NCBI RefSeq assembly: GCF_902713615.1
Contig: NC_052163.1
Coordinates: 53,120,878 to 53,184,877, forward strand
Source of the DNA: Scyliorhinus canicula
Lineage: Eukaryota
Length of the DNA stretch: 64,000 bases
Direction of reading: 5' to 3'
The number at the start of each line of letters is the position of its first letter. The stretch's first letter is position 1. Positions 12,029 to 24,329 of the stretch are shown here, one piece after another. The notes below the pieces were generated by a model. That model had not been told where the DNA came from. It made no database searches and saw only the letters and a list, made by a program, of their open reading frames with translations. The position numbers were made by a program, and so were the translations under genes.

Positions 12029-13702
12029 CACAGAACGTAGAAAAATACAGCACCGAACAGGCCCTTTGGCCCACGATGTTGTGCCGAACTTTTGTCCTAG
12101 ATTAAGAACAAATGAATCTACACCCCATCATTCTACATAATCCATGTACCTATCCAATAGCCACTTGAAGGTCCCTCATGTTTCTGACTCAACTACTTCC
12201 ACAGGCAGTGCATTCCATGCCCCCACTACTCTCTGGGTAAAGAACCTACCTCTGACATCCCCCGATATCTTCCATCATTCACCTTAAATTTATGTCCCCT
12301 TGTAATGGTTTGTTCCACCCGGGGAAAAAGTCTCTGACTGTCTACTCTATCTATTCCCCATATCATCTTATAAACCTCTATCAAGTCGCCCCTCATCCTT
12401 CTCCGTTCCAATGAGAAAAGGCCGAGCACCCTCAACCTTTCCTCGTAAGACCTACTCTCCATTCCAGGCAACATCCTGGTAAATCTCCTTTGCACCTTTT
12501 CCAAAACTTCCACATCCTTCCTAAAATGAGGCGACCAGACCTGCACACAGTACTCCAAATGTGGCCTCACCAAGGTTTTTTACAGCTGCATCATCACCTC
12601 ACGGCTCTTAAATTCAATCCCTCTGCTAATGAATGCTAGCACACCATAGGCCTTCTTCACAGCTCTATCCACTTGAGTGGCAACTTTCAAAGATCTATGA
12701 ACATAGACCCCAAGATCTCTCTGCTCCTCCACATTGCCAAGAACCCTACCGTTAACCCTGTATTCCGCATTCATATTTGTCCTTCCAAAATGGGCACCCT
12801 CACACTTTTCAGGGTTAAACTCCATCTGCCACTTCTCAGCCCAGCTCTACATCCTATCTATGTCTCTTTGCAGCCGACAACAGCCCTCCTCACTATCCAC
12901 AACTCCACCAATCTTCGTATTGTCTGCAAATTTACTGACCCACCCTCAACTCCCTCATCCAAGTCATTAATGAAAATCACAAACAGCAGAGGACCCAGAA
13001 CTGATCCCTGCGGTACGCCACTGGTAACTGGGCTCCAGGCTGAATATTTGCCACCACCACCACTCTGACTTCAATCGGTTAGCCAGTTCATTATCCAACT
13101 GACCAAATTTCCCACTATCCCATGCCTCCTTATTTTCTGCGTACGCCTACCATGGGGAACTTTATCAAATGCCTTACTAAAATCCATGTACACCACATCC
13201 ACTGCTTTACCTTCATCCATGTGCTTGGTCACCTCCTCAAAGAATTCAAAAAGACTTGTGAGGCAATTCCTACCCCTCACAAATCTGTGCTGACTATCCC
13301 TAATCAAGCAGTGTCTTTCCAGATGTTCAGAAATCCTATCCCTCAGTACCCTTTCCATTACTTTGCCTACCACCAAAGTAAGACTAACTGGTCTGTAATT
13401 CCCCAGGGTTATCCCTATTCCCTTTTTTGAACAGGGGCACGACATTCGCCACTCTCCAATCCTCTGGTACCACCCCTGTTGACAGTGAGGACGAAAAGAT
13501 CATTGCCAACGGCTCTGCAATCTCATCTCTTGCTTCCCATAGAATCCTTGGATATATCCTGTCAGGCCCGGGGGACTTGTCTATCCTCAAGTTTTTCAAA
13601 ATGCCCAACACATCTTCCTTCCCAACAAGTATCTCCTTGAGCTTACCAGTCTGTTTCACTCTGTCCTCTCCATCAATACGGCCCCTCTCCTTCGTAAATA
13701 CT
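12029..13702 (-). mobile_element. 5'-truncated CR1 LINE with frameshifts
   Basis: Minus-strand ORFs 13384..13707, 13071..13445, 12580..12825 and 12226..12573 are consecutive CR1 RT pieces. The 3' tail lies at 12029-12090. Confidence 0.96.
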
Positions 13703-13913
13703 CTCATTCATGAAAATGAAATGAAAAATGAAAATGAAATGAAAATCGCTTATTGTCATGAGTAGGCTTCAATGAAGTTACTGTGAAAATCCCCTAGTCG
13801 CCACATTCCGGCGCCTGTCCGGGGAGGCTGGTACGGGAATCGAACCGTGCTGCTGGCCTGCTTGGTCTGCTTTAAAAGCCAGTGATTTAGCCCAGTAAGC
13901 TAAACCAGCCCCT
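13703..13913 (-). mobile_element. Short tRNA-derived SINE (GGGGCTGGTTTAGC head), full length, (TTTCA)n tail
   Basis: Near-identical to 36425-36615. Directly abuts the 5'-truncated end of the CR1 at 13702. Confidence 0.92.
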
Positions 13914-15135
13914 GGTTAATCCCAGAGTTGAGGGGTTGGATTATGAGGAGAGGTTGAGTAGACTGGGACTGTACTCGTTGGAATTTAGAAAAATGCGGGG
14001 GGATCTTATTGAAACATATAATATTATGAAGGAAATAGATAGGATAGATGTGGGGAGATTGTTTCCACTGATGGGTGAAAGCAGAACTAGGAAGCATATC
14101 CTCAAAATAAGGGGAAGTAGATTTAGGACTGAGTTTAGGAGCAACTTCTTCACCCAAAGGGTTGTGAATCTATGGAATTCCCTGCCCAGTGAAGCAGTTG
14201 AGGCTCCTTCATTAAATGTTTCCAAGATAAACATAGATAGTTTTTTGAAGAATAAAGGGTTATAGTGTTCGGGCAGGAAAGTGGTGTTGAGTCCACAAAA
14301 GATCAGCCACGATCTCATTGAATGGCGGAGCAGGCTTGAGGGGCCAGATGGCCTACTGCTGCTCCTAGTTCTTATGTTTGTGTTCCCTATTCGCTGCTTG
14401 TTGACTTCCATATTGCCAAATTATAAGCAAATGCTTTCAGTTACATACTGCTGTGTGGATCACTTTTGCTCAGCTGCTATCTTCAAAAAGATTGAGTTAC
14501 TGAAGAGATTTTAGTAAAAGCTCCAAATACAGTGAACCAAAAAACCAACAAGGTTATTGAAGTGGATTGAATAAATGCCTGGACTAAAATGGTTCAGGAT
14601 GACCTGGCATTAAGCATCAAATGTTACAGAGGTAGAGTCCATACGTTCCATTAGAAAGTAGTTATTTGAAAAAGGGACAAACTAAAATGTTGGAATTGAG
14701 CAGGAGATTTGATTATTCTAAATGCCTAGGTGAAAAAGAAAGATGAGGGCAGATTTGATGGTACAGGTGACCTGTTTCTATGATGTAGTGTCCTATCATT
14801 GTACAGAAATTTGAAATTATGCCAAGCAATCTGCCATCTTTTTGGGTTGACAAGAACAGCATTAAATAAGCCTCCGAATGGCGAGTGTTAACGTTAAGAA
14901 GGTTCAGTAAGTTCATCACCGCTTTGACTGCAAGACAGGCATCACATTTCATGAACCATTTTCATCTCTTAACCGGCTTCATTACAGAATTGCTCACAGA
15001 CAACTTGTGCTGAAACCTGACATGGGAATTAGATTATATTTAGCACCTACATTTGTCACAGATTTGACAAATGGGTTAAAGGTACTGGGCAATGAAAATT
15101 GGAAATGAGGGGTGGGGTGACTGTTTATTAACAGT

Positions 15136-16140
15136 GGGCGGATTTCTCCACCTGGCGATGCCGCAAAGGCGAACTGTGATCGAGCGGAGATTCGGACATC
15201 CGGCCAAAATGAGGTCCGTGCCTGGCGCTGAATCGACTGTCATCTCCAGACCTTTGGTTGTGGCGATAACGAGGTTTGCGCCCGGCACCAGCAGCAGCTT
15301 GCAAAACCATCATTTGCCTGCATTTAAATGTGATTAGCGGGTTGGACACTTCACTACTCTGCCATTCCGCGATGCTCCACTCCTCTTAGGCAGAGGTCTA
15401 GCAGATGTGAATTACTACAAGCATTTATAAACGTGGACTGGGCACCATGGCTTTGGAGGCGGGGCAACTGGCTAAAAGAAACACTGAAAAACGGTTGAAA
15501 ACTTCCGGGCTTGCTGGCGATGGCTGCCCGGACCGGGGGCAGTAGCTGGTAGTGACTTGGTGCTATGTCCATGGACTTGGGGTGTCCCCCTTGGGATCGG
15601 GGTAGCTTAGCTCAGACCACCATTTTTGCAATCTGTCTTCTAAACACATCCTTTGGTGCTACCTACAGGCTACTGGCTGCTCACACTGCTGAGTGCTGCC
15701 TGTGTCCTTTTAAATGCTCAGAAGGCCTCTGGTCATATGAGAGCCCACCGAGATCGCCCATCTAGACACGCTCGTACCCCAGCTGTATCATCAGGATCCC
15801 ACCAGGTGTTGGCAGTCTTCAGAATTTCTGCCGCATTGCAGAGGAAGCAGGGGATCAGCAGAGTTCACCCCACCTGCGTCGTGGCCTTTGGAACCCTCCC
15901 TGGTTCTCTGCCCCTCTCAGAGCAGAGGACTCGCCATTTTTCCCCATCCCTCCGGATCACCAGCTGTCACTTGCCAGGCAGTGTTCCAGAAGGCAGGTTT
16001 GAGTCTGCGGCCCATGCTGGGGAAGAGATTGTCCCTCCGCTCCTCACTGGCATGGAGCTGTGGGATGCCATCGTTGATGCATCACAGCTGCCATCCCCAC
16101 CCTCCGCCAGCACAGAGACTCACACCTTGGTGGGCAACAA
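15136..16140 (-). mobile_element. PIF/Harbinger remnant with a Myb/SANT-like ORF fragment
   Basis: Left end GGGCGGATTTCTCC. The minus strand at about 15968-16057 reads LHASEERRDNLFPSMGRRLKPAFWNTAWQV, like the N-terminal helices of Harbinger Myb/SANT proteins. Confidence 0.65.
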
Positions 16141-16643
16141 TAGTGGTCAGGCATCTGGGGAAGAGTTGAGAAGAGTAAGTATACAAAATACGTCTTCGGA
16201 TATATTACAGACTTACTGGAAGAATGCACATATCTTCAGATGAAAAAAGCCTCTGAAAAGAAAAATTTAATTAACTGTGTGTAGATTGGGGAGAAATATG
16301 AACATCAAGATGATAGAATGTAAATCTATTGAACATGTTCACGAAAGAACAGTTGATACCAAATTAGTCATGAGACTAATGCCAGGTTAAGAGGGTATTT
16401 TGATTGAATTCGCTATGAAACAGCTCATGAAAGTGATTAGGACCAGTGAGAAGGCATAAGAGTGAATAATATTGACAAGAATGAGAAGAGAAGTTATAAA
16501 ATGAAACAAAAGCAGAGCAAAAAAATGATAAGGAAGGCACGGTAGCATAGTGGTTAGCATAAATGCTTCACAGCTCCAGGGTCCCAGGTTCGATTCCAGC
16601 TTGGGTCACTGTCTGTGCGGAGTCTGCACGTCCTCCCCGTGTG

Positions 16644-16870
16644 TTGGTTGTTGGTTTGGCTCAGTTGGCTGGACAGCTGGTTTGTGATGCAGGCCTGACT
16701 GACAGCATGGGTTCAATTCCTATACTGGCTGAGGTAATTCATGGAGGCCCCACCATTCCCTTCAGCTGAGGTGTGGTGATTCTCAGGTTAAATCACCACC
16801 AGTCAGTCTCCCCCGCAAAGGCGAAAGCAATTAATGGTCATTTGGTACTAAAACTATATTACACTTATTT
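16644..16870 (+). mobile_element. Diverged tRNA-derived SINE of a different family, fused 5' to the CR1
   Basis: A box TGGCTCAGTTGG, B box GGTTCAATTCC. Head resembles the SINE at 34574-34767. Body tgaggtgtggtgattctcaggttaaatcaccaccagtc. Confidence 0.75.
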
Positions 16871-18612
16871 GTAGTGGAAAGTTGTGTGTGGAATCAGAGG
16901 AGATAGGGGAAGCATTAAATGGATATTTTTCGTCAGTGTTTACACTGGAGAAAGACAATGTTGTCGAGGAGAACACTCAGGTTCAGTCGACCAGGCTAGA
17001 TGGAATTGAGGTTCAAAAGGAGGAGGTGTTAGCAATTTTAGAAAATGTCAAAATAGATAAGTACCCTGGGCCAGATGGGATTTATCCTAGGATTCTCTGG
17101 GCAGCCAGGGAGGAGATTGCAGAGCCTTTGTCCTTGATCTTTATGTCGTCTTTGTCGACAGGAATAGTGCCGGAAGACTGGAGGATAGCAAATGTTGTCC
17201 CCTTGTACAAGAAGGGGAGTAGAGACAACCCTGGTAATTATAGACCTGTGAGCCTTACTTCGGTTGTGGGTAAAATGTTGGAAAAGGTTATAAGAGATAG
17301 GGTTTATAATCATCTTGAAAAGAACAAGTTGATTAGCGATACTCAACACGGTTTTGTGAAGGGTAGGTCATGTCTCACAAACCTTATTGAGTTTTTTGAG
17401 AAGGTGACCAAACAGGTGGATCAGGGTAAAGCTGTTGATGTGGTGTATATGGATTTCAGTAAGGCGTTTGATAAGGTTCCCCACGGTAGGCTATTGCAGA
17501 AAATAAGGAAGTATGGAATTGAAGGTGATTTAGCGGTTTGGATCAGTAATTGGCTAGCTGAAAGAAGACAGAGGGTGGTGGTTGATGGCAAATGTTCATC
17601 CTGGAGTTCAGTTACAAGTGGTGTACCGCAAGGATCTGTTTTGGGGCCACTGCTGTTTGTCATTTTTATAAATGACCTGGAAGAGGGTGTAGAAGGATGG
17701 GTTAGTAAATTTGCAGATGACACGAAGGTCGGTGGAATTGTGGATAGTGCTGAAGGATGTTATAGGATACAGAGGGACATAGATAAGCTGCAGAGCTGGG
17801 CTGAGAGGTGGCAGATGGAGTTTAATGCGGAAAAGTGTGAGGTGGTTCACTTTGGAAGGAGTAACAGGAATGCAGAGTACTGGGCTAATGGCAAGATTCT
17901 TGGTAGTGTAGATGAACAGAGAGATCTCGGCATCCAGGTACATAAATCCCTGAAAGTTGTCACCCAGGTTAATAGGGCTGTTAAGAAGGCATATGGTGTG
18001 CTAGCCTTTATAAGCAGGGGGATTGAGTTTCGGAACCACAAGGTCATGCTGCAGCTGTACATAACTCTGGTGCGGCCACACCTGGAGTACTGCGTGCAGT
18101 TCTGGTCACCACATTATAGGAAGGATGTGGAAGCTTTGGAAAGGGTTCAGAGGAGATTTACTAGGATGTTACCTGGTATGGAGGGAAGGTCTTACGAGGA
18201 AAGGCTCAGGGAATTGAGGTTGTTTTCGTTAGAGAGGAGAAGGCTGAGAGGTGACTTAATAGAGACATATAAGATAGTCAGAGGGTTAGATAGGGTGGAC
18301 AGTGAGAGTCTTTTTCCTCGGATGGTGATGACCAACACGAGGGGGCATAGCTTTAAATTGAGGGGTGAGAGATATAGGACAGATGTCAGAGGCAGTTTCT
18401 TTACTCAGAGAGTAGTAGGGGTGTGGAACGCCCTGCCTGCAATAGTAGTAGACTCGCCAACTTTAAGGGCATTTAAGTGGTCACTGGATAGACATATGGA
18501 TAAAATGGAATAGTGTAGGTCAGATAGGCTTCAGATGGTTTCACAGGTCGGCGCAACATCAAGGGCCGAAGGGCCCATACTGCGCTGTAGTGTTCTATGT
18601 TCTATGTTCTAT
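16871..18612 (+). mobile_element. Young 5'-truncated CR1-clade LINE (HER1-like) with an uninterrupted ORF2 reverse transcriptase frame
   Basis: ORF 16882..18513 (543 aa) contains [62 protein letters not shown] and LERRRLRGDLI. The 3' UTR ends in (TTCTATG)3. No endonuclease domain is present. Confidence 0.97.
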
Positions 18613-20173
18613 GTGTGCGTGGGTTTCCCCCAGGTGCTCCGGTTTCCTCCCACAGTCCAAAGATGTGCAGGTTAGGTGGATTGGCCATGCTAAATTGCCC
18701 GTAGTGTCCTAAAAAGTAAGGTTAAGGGGGAGTTGTTGGGTTACGGGTATAGGGTGGATACGTGAGTTTGAGTAGGGTGATCATTGCTCGGAACAACATC
18801 GAGGGCCGAAGGGCCTGTTCTGTGCTGTACTGTTCTATCTTAAGGCATTTTTTTAAAGTTCTTGCAGGTGAAATTAATGACAGTAACAATAATTATATTA
18901 CAGCAAGAAATAGATTTCTGGAAAAAATAGTTTTAGTTATGACTGAAAGAGCATCTTCTATGTGTTTCATGGCTTCAGAACATCATCCCAAAATATTTCC
19001 CAGTCAGTGAATTAGTAGTTATTGTTATGTTGGCAAATATTAGTTTGCAGACAGAAAGATCTTCCAAACAGCAAAGAGATAAATGATGAATCTGGCAGAA
19101 GAATCATGTTGGCTAGCAGATTGAGAGAGTTCCCTATTTTTATTTTTCACATCTGTTTGAACGAATGAGATCTCAGTACGACATTGACGCTCTTGTGTCC
19201 CAGAGTGGAACTCAAAACTTCTGACTTGGCACCAAATGCCAAAACTGAAAGGAATGACACTTGGCTCAGTGAAAGAAAATGACATAGGGGAAACCTAAAT
19301 GAATATTTCACTTTTGTAATAATAATCATAATCTTTATTAGTGTCACTAGTAGGTTGGGGGTTTTGAGGGATAGTTTTTTTAAAGGAAAGAGGAGGTGGT
19401 GGACAGGAAAGGCAGTGTCCATAGCTCAGGAAATCACCAGCAATATCTTTCATGGGGTTTCCCCTTCCAGCATTCAGCATGGTATTTATTTTAAAGATTT
19501 CTATTTTTCGACCTGCTGAACCACTCGGGCCTCCAGCCTGTCTTGGGAGGGCCACAGCCCCAGGTGGCGCTTCTGAGCTGCCTGCTCTCTGATTGGGCTG
19601 GTGGATTTTAGGGGCTGGTTGCTGCCCTGAATAGAATGGCAGCCCTGGCGACAGCCACTAATTGGCTACCACCTGAAAAATTCAGGTTCTCGTGCATGTT
19701 CCCGATACGCATTTCCTCCCAATGTTCGGCCATTCATGTGATTGGTAAAATGCTGCCCCATAAATCCACTGTAGTAAGTTGCTGATTCCTACATCTATGT
19801 GCATCACAAAGAGATGTGTAAAAAGCCTCTGTCATAGGCAGCCTGTAAAATAAAAGACATCTTGATATTCAGATGAGAATGGAGAAAAGTGACCATGAAA
19901 GACCATCAAAGTTGGAACTGGTTTGTAACAAAACAACTGTAACCTTTTTCAGAAGAAAAGTTTTAGAGCGTATTGATGACAATGACCAGACACATGAGAG
20001 GTGTTCGCATAAAGCAAGAGACAAATAGGGCTCAATTTTAACTTGCTGCAGTGAGTTTTGAATGGGTTAAAATTGGGCCCCATAATGTCTTTTGCATCCG
20101 TAAAGTGCAGCATGATTTCCTTTGTATAAAAACTTGTAAGAAGGTTGGTGTATCTTTAAACATCTTTAAACAT

Positions 20174-20381
20174 AGGGGCTGGTTTAGCTCGAGGGGCTGG
20201 TTTAGCTCAGGGGCTGGTTTAGCTCACTGAGCTAAATCGCTGGCTTTTAAAGCAGACCAAGCAGGCCAGCAGCACGGTTCGCTTCCCGTACCAGCCTCCC
20301 TGACAGGCGCCGGAATGTGGTGACTAGGGGCTTTTCACAGTAACTTCATTGAAGCCTACTCGTGACAAGTGATTTTCATTT
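20174..20381 (+). mobile_element. Short tRNA-derived SINE with triplicated 5' end
   Basis: AGGGGCTGGTTTAGCTC occurs three times, followed by the family body. Confidence 0.92.
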
Positions 20382-21230
20382 AATCTGAGATGGCTTCACT
20401 TTCTACATAATAGTATTCACTTGTACTTCTTTTTATTCAATCTTAAGGCAGAAGTTTTTGAATTTAAAAAACTTGTGCTGGTGAGCTCTACACAAACAGC
20501 AAACTACTTAGTTAACATTGTCAGGGGATAGCAGCTGAACTACAAACTGACGGTGCAGTATGGCATTGACCATTCTGTGCCTTAATCACGTATGATTGGA
20601 TAACAGCCTGTAATTCAAGAGGCTGCTAAATCTTCTAAATCTTAAAAGAATGCTATTTTCTGTAGAACCATTACCTGAAACTGGATCAGACTACCCCAAA
20701 ACCCGCTTTGCTTCTCTGAAAGGGATAATGTCAGAATAGAAAAAGAATAGACCAATTGTAGCAGCTCGGAATAGCTCTGTCTGAACTTTTATCTATTTAT
20801 AACTTTGATTGTTAACCTTTTCATTAATTGTACGTTTATGTACCACTTCCTGATGAGGCAATGTCAGCCTGACTCAGTTAGTGGCAATGTCATCTCTTGA
20901 ATCAATGGTTTTTAGTTTCTCGTCAAACCATGGTACATCATTGAGGCTGGTGCTCCATGTGGTACTTATGAGGCGACACTGTGTTGCTGAAAAGAGAGAC
21001 ATGTTGCTGAAGTTTTTCATCTTACACTGATCAGGACAAACACGAAAATGCCAAATTTTAAACAAACAATCACAACAAGTAATACCACAGGAGAAAATTG
21101 TGCTGATGGGTTGGCAAGTGGACCCTGATTGGCTGAGGAATTACCATGGAGAAAGCAATCGGGAAATACAGGCTCACCAAGTTCTGAGGTCTTTCAAAAG
21201 AACACAATGCTTGAACTTGGGTGGGGGGGG

Positions 21231-21857
21231 GGGTGATTCTCCGAGCGGCGGGACGGAGAACCGCCGCAACCACGCCACGACGCCCCGACGCCGGCGCGCA
21301 ATTCTACGAGGTGCAGAGAATCGGCGCCATTTGCGCCGGCGCATTTGGCACGCCGCCGGCCTCGGGCCATTGGAATCGGCGGGGCCGCCAAGTCTCCGGC
21401 CTGAATGGGACAGAGTCCCGCCGGCGCCATGCACCCCTGGTCGCTGCCGGCGGGAACTCTACGGGAACGCTCGGGGGACAGCCTGTGGCGGGGGAGGGGG
21501 GCACCTTCACTGGTGGGGGGCCTCCAAAGGGGTCTGGCTTGCGATCGGGGCTCACTGATCGGCGGGCCGGCCTCTCCCCCCCCCCCCCCCTCCCCCGTGC
21601 CTATATTCCGCCGCGGCTGGCCCCTAAACACCGACCCTATGTTGGGTCGGGGCCGGCGTGCATAAGAAGTTCCCCACGCATGCACAGGATGGTGCGGCCC
21701 AACTGCGCATGCGCAGGATAGAGCAGGCCTAACTGCGCATGCGCGGGTTGGCGCAGTGCCCATTTGGCGCCGTGTATGGAGGCTGGAGCGGCGTGAACCG
21801 AATAGGTCATGCCCGGGCCTTGTCCACACTTGGCCGCCATATCGGAGGATCTCCCCC
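21231..21857. mobile_element. CpG-rich PIF/Harbinger-type non-autonomous element
   Basis: Ends GGGTGATTCTCCGA / TCGGAGGATCTCCCCC. Internal GCGCATGCGC repeats as in 52022 and 59486. Confidence 0.75.
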
Positions 21858-24329
21858 ATGGTACTCTTGTTTGCAGAGAGCAGGTCCCTGTGTATGAATG
21901 TGTATCGCTTCTAACAAGCGCAAATGTTACCCGGGAGCTTGGTGGACTGTTGCTTTCTCCAGGCAATTTATTTCATGGCAGGCAGGAACAGCGAAGCGGC
22001 AGGAGCAAAAAGCCAGAAACTGGCTTGTATTAAATCAAATTGCAATTTGATTTTTGCAAAATTCAAATCCCAATAGTGGGTTAATGGCTTCCCGCTGACT
22101 GGTGGCATGAACGCCATTTGCATTCCTTTGCATCTCGCGAGCGTTCCTTAAAACAGCTGCTCGCCGGTATTCCTTCAAGCCTTTCAATCTTGCAGGATGA
22201 AAGCGTGACGTTATATCGATCTAAAACCCGATTGATAAAGAGCTGTGCGCACAAGGCGGTCCTCAGATCGCAAGAGACTTTGAGGTGAGTGTCACAAAGC
22301 CGACCTGCCATGGTGCTGTGTACTTCTGATGCGCTGTTCACCACTTTGACGTGGGTTCCTGCACTCCATCTCTATCTTCATGGATACCATTGTGATGCTG
22401 GATCCATGAACCCTCCTGTGTCACCAAGTCAGATCAGTGCAGAACTAGGGATTGGGGATACATGGGCCCCTTATCTATCCTACACCAGTGTCTGTCTGGA
22501 CAGAATTGTGGTGTGAGACTTATGCAGCCAACGCAACAAAGGTCCAAAGTTCGACCAATGGTGGAGTGTGAGGTGAAGGTGCAGGGGGAGGGGGGGGGGA
22601 AGAGGGTCGGGGCAGAGTGGCCTGACAAAGGGGGCAATGTGGAAGGAGGGCTGTGGAAGGAGGGAGGGGGGTAGGGCGAAGGCTAACAACGGCAGGTCGA
22701 GCTGCAGAGGTGGATGAAGAAGGTGAACAATGGAAGGCAGAGAGAAGGCCGAAGGAAGGGAAGCTGCATGTAAATCTCAAAAATATAGGGGGTTCCAAGG
22801 GATACCACGCCGTTTAGTCGATGGGGATGCACAAAGAACCCAGATGTGCTGGCTGGCAGTCCAAGTGGTGCATAGGCAGGTGCTGGGCTCGGGGGGGTGG
22901 GGGGGGGGTTGAAGAAAGACTTCTTCTTGAGTCTACTAGCCTTTTCTCTCTGGGCATCCTGCACAGTCTGGTGAAAACAGGTGGGACTGGAGAGTGTGAC
23001 ATGAGTGTACTGTACTGATATTTAAATATGGTGCCAGGACCTTTGAGCTCTCCAGCTGATAAAGGACAGATGAATCAGATGCTGGCCTATCAGCTGATTT
23101 GGAGGAGAACTCGCTTGTGCATAATTAATGAGGTTGCATGCGCAAAATCTGGAGCCAGATCCCGCCATTCAGGCCAATGGGAAAGGCTGCACTGAAGCTG
23201 CCCGCTCTCGCACTTAGTCTCGAAAACAGAGGATTCCACCCAAAATGGTCACAATTGGTATTCACGTTACTCCTGTTCGTGGATGTGATACACATAAACC
23301 AGGTGCAGCTCCATAAAACACTGAATCAAAGATTGAAAGATAACCATCGGCAACTTTTAAAAAAACATCAGCGATAATTTGCTGCAGTCAAATCTTTGTT
23401 GTTTAGTTTCTGCATCCTTGCAGCTGACAGGTGAATGGATAAGGATCATGTCAGCAAAGGACTGTCACATAAAAATAAACCATTCTATAAGTTGGAGGCG
23501 CCTTTCATTGTGGGTTCCAAATCATAGATACTGGATCTGCTGTCAGTATCATTGCAGAAGGCGACAGTTCATGCTGTTTAGCAAACAGCAGAAACATTCT
23601 TCGACATAACCCGTTACCTGAGTATTTAAAATGTGAGAAAATGCTAGTTGAAGAATTTCTAAATACAGGTACTCCAGGCCAAGATATCTGTTCACGGATC
23701 GTGTTGGTAAACTGCGCAGCGAACCCCTGGTGCGTTATGGCTGTTTTATGCCTGAGACACTAACCTGATTTAAATGGGTGGGCCAGGAAGTGCCATTGAC
23801 CTGACCTCGCTCTCACCCTCCAGCCCATAAGTTAAGAAGAGCAGATTCTTCGGGAGCATTGTCTGGAGTAGATTGGCTCATGGAGGGCAGTTACTGTTCC
23901 CATTGAGTCGCTTAGCACTGTGATGTATCAGAGTATTTGTCACTGCGCGCTTCCCTTCCAGAACTCAGCAATAAGGTGGATTTGCCGGGTTACATAACTG
24001 TTTTCCCATTTTAATGATGAAATATCCAGAAGAAGCGGATTTCCATTTTTCAGATCTAACACGGTGCCAGAACTACCTGAAGTTGTGTTTGTTATATTGG
24101 CAGGATGAATTTCAGCAGTTGAGCTATGAAGGAAAACTCATTCAGCAGGAACTAAACATGCAGAATGCACTTTCAGACAAGTAAAGGCTGTAATTATAAT
24201 GCTGTCCTGATGATGTGCAGTATCTACCATGGGTGGATTTTGTTTCACTGGAATGATAATGTGATTGTAATTATAATTTAGTGTAGATTATATATCATTA
24301 TTATGTTCAGAAGAGATCCGCATGGTATC

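Larger units (their letters stand above)
11945..14378 (+). mobile_element. CR1 3' fragment split by a nested insertion (pieces 11945-12028 and 13914-14378)
   Basis: EYCVQFLSPYLRKNVLALEGVQRRFTRL continues after the insert as IPELRGLDYEERLSRLGLYSLEFRKMRGDLIE...FFTQRVVNLWNSLP. GGTTA is duplicated at both junctions. Confidence 0.92.
16536..18838 (+). mobile_element. HE1-like SINE split into 16536-16643 and 18613-18838 by a composite insertion
   Basis: Joining cctccccgtgtg and tgtgcgtgggtttcc reconstitutes the copy seen at 3518-3840. Confidence 0.92.

Noticed and set aside
21100-21966. Many overlapping Arg/Gly/Pro-rich ORFs (also at 52012-52755 and 59397-60041)
   Set aside because: Stop-codon depletion in GC-rich palindromic MITEs gives open frames on both strands. 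These are not coding.
21920-23240. GC-rich block with a Harbinger-like right end (GAGGATTCCACCC)
   Set aside because: Probably a decayed DNA transposon, but the left end and coding remnants could not be identified reliably.
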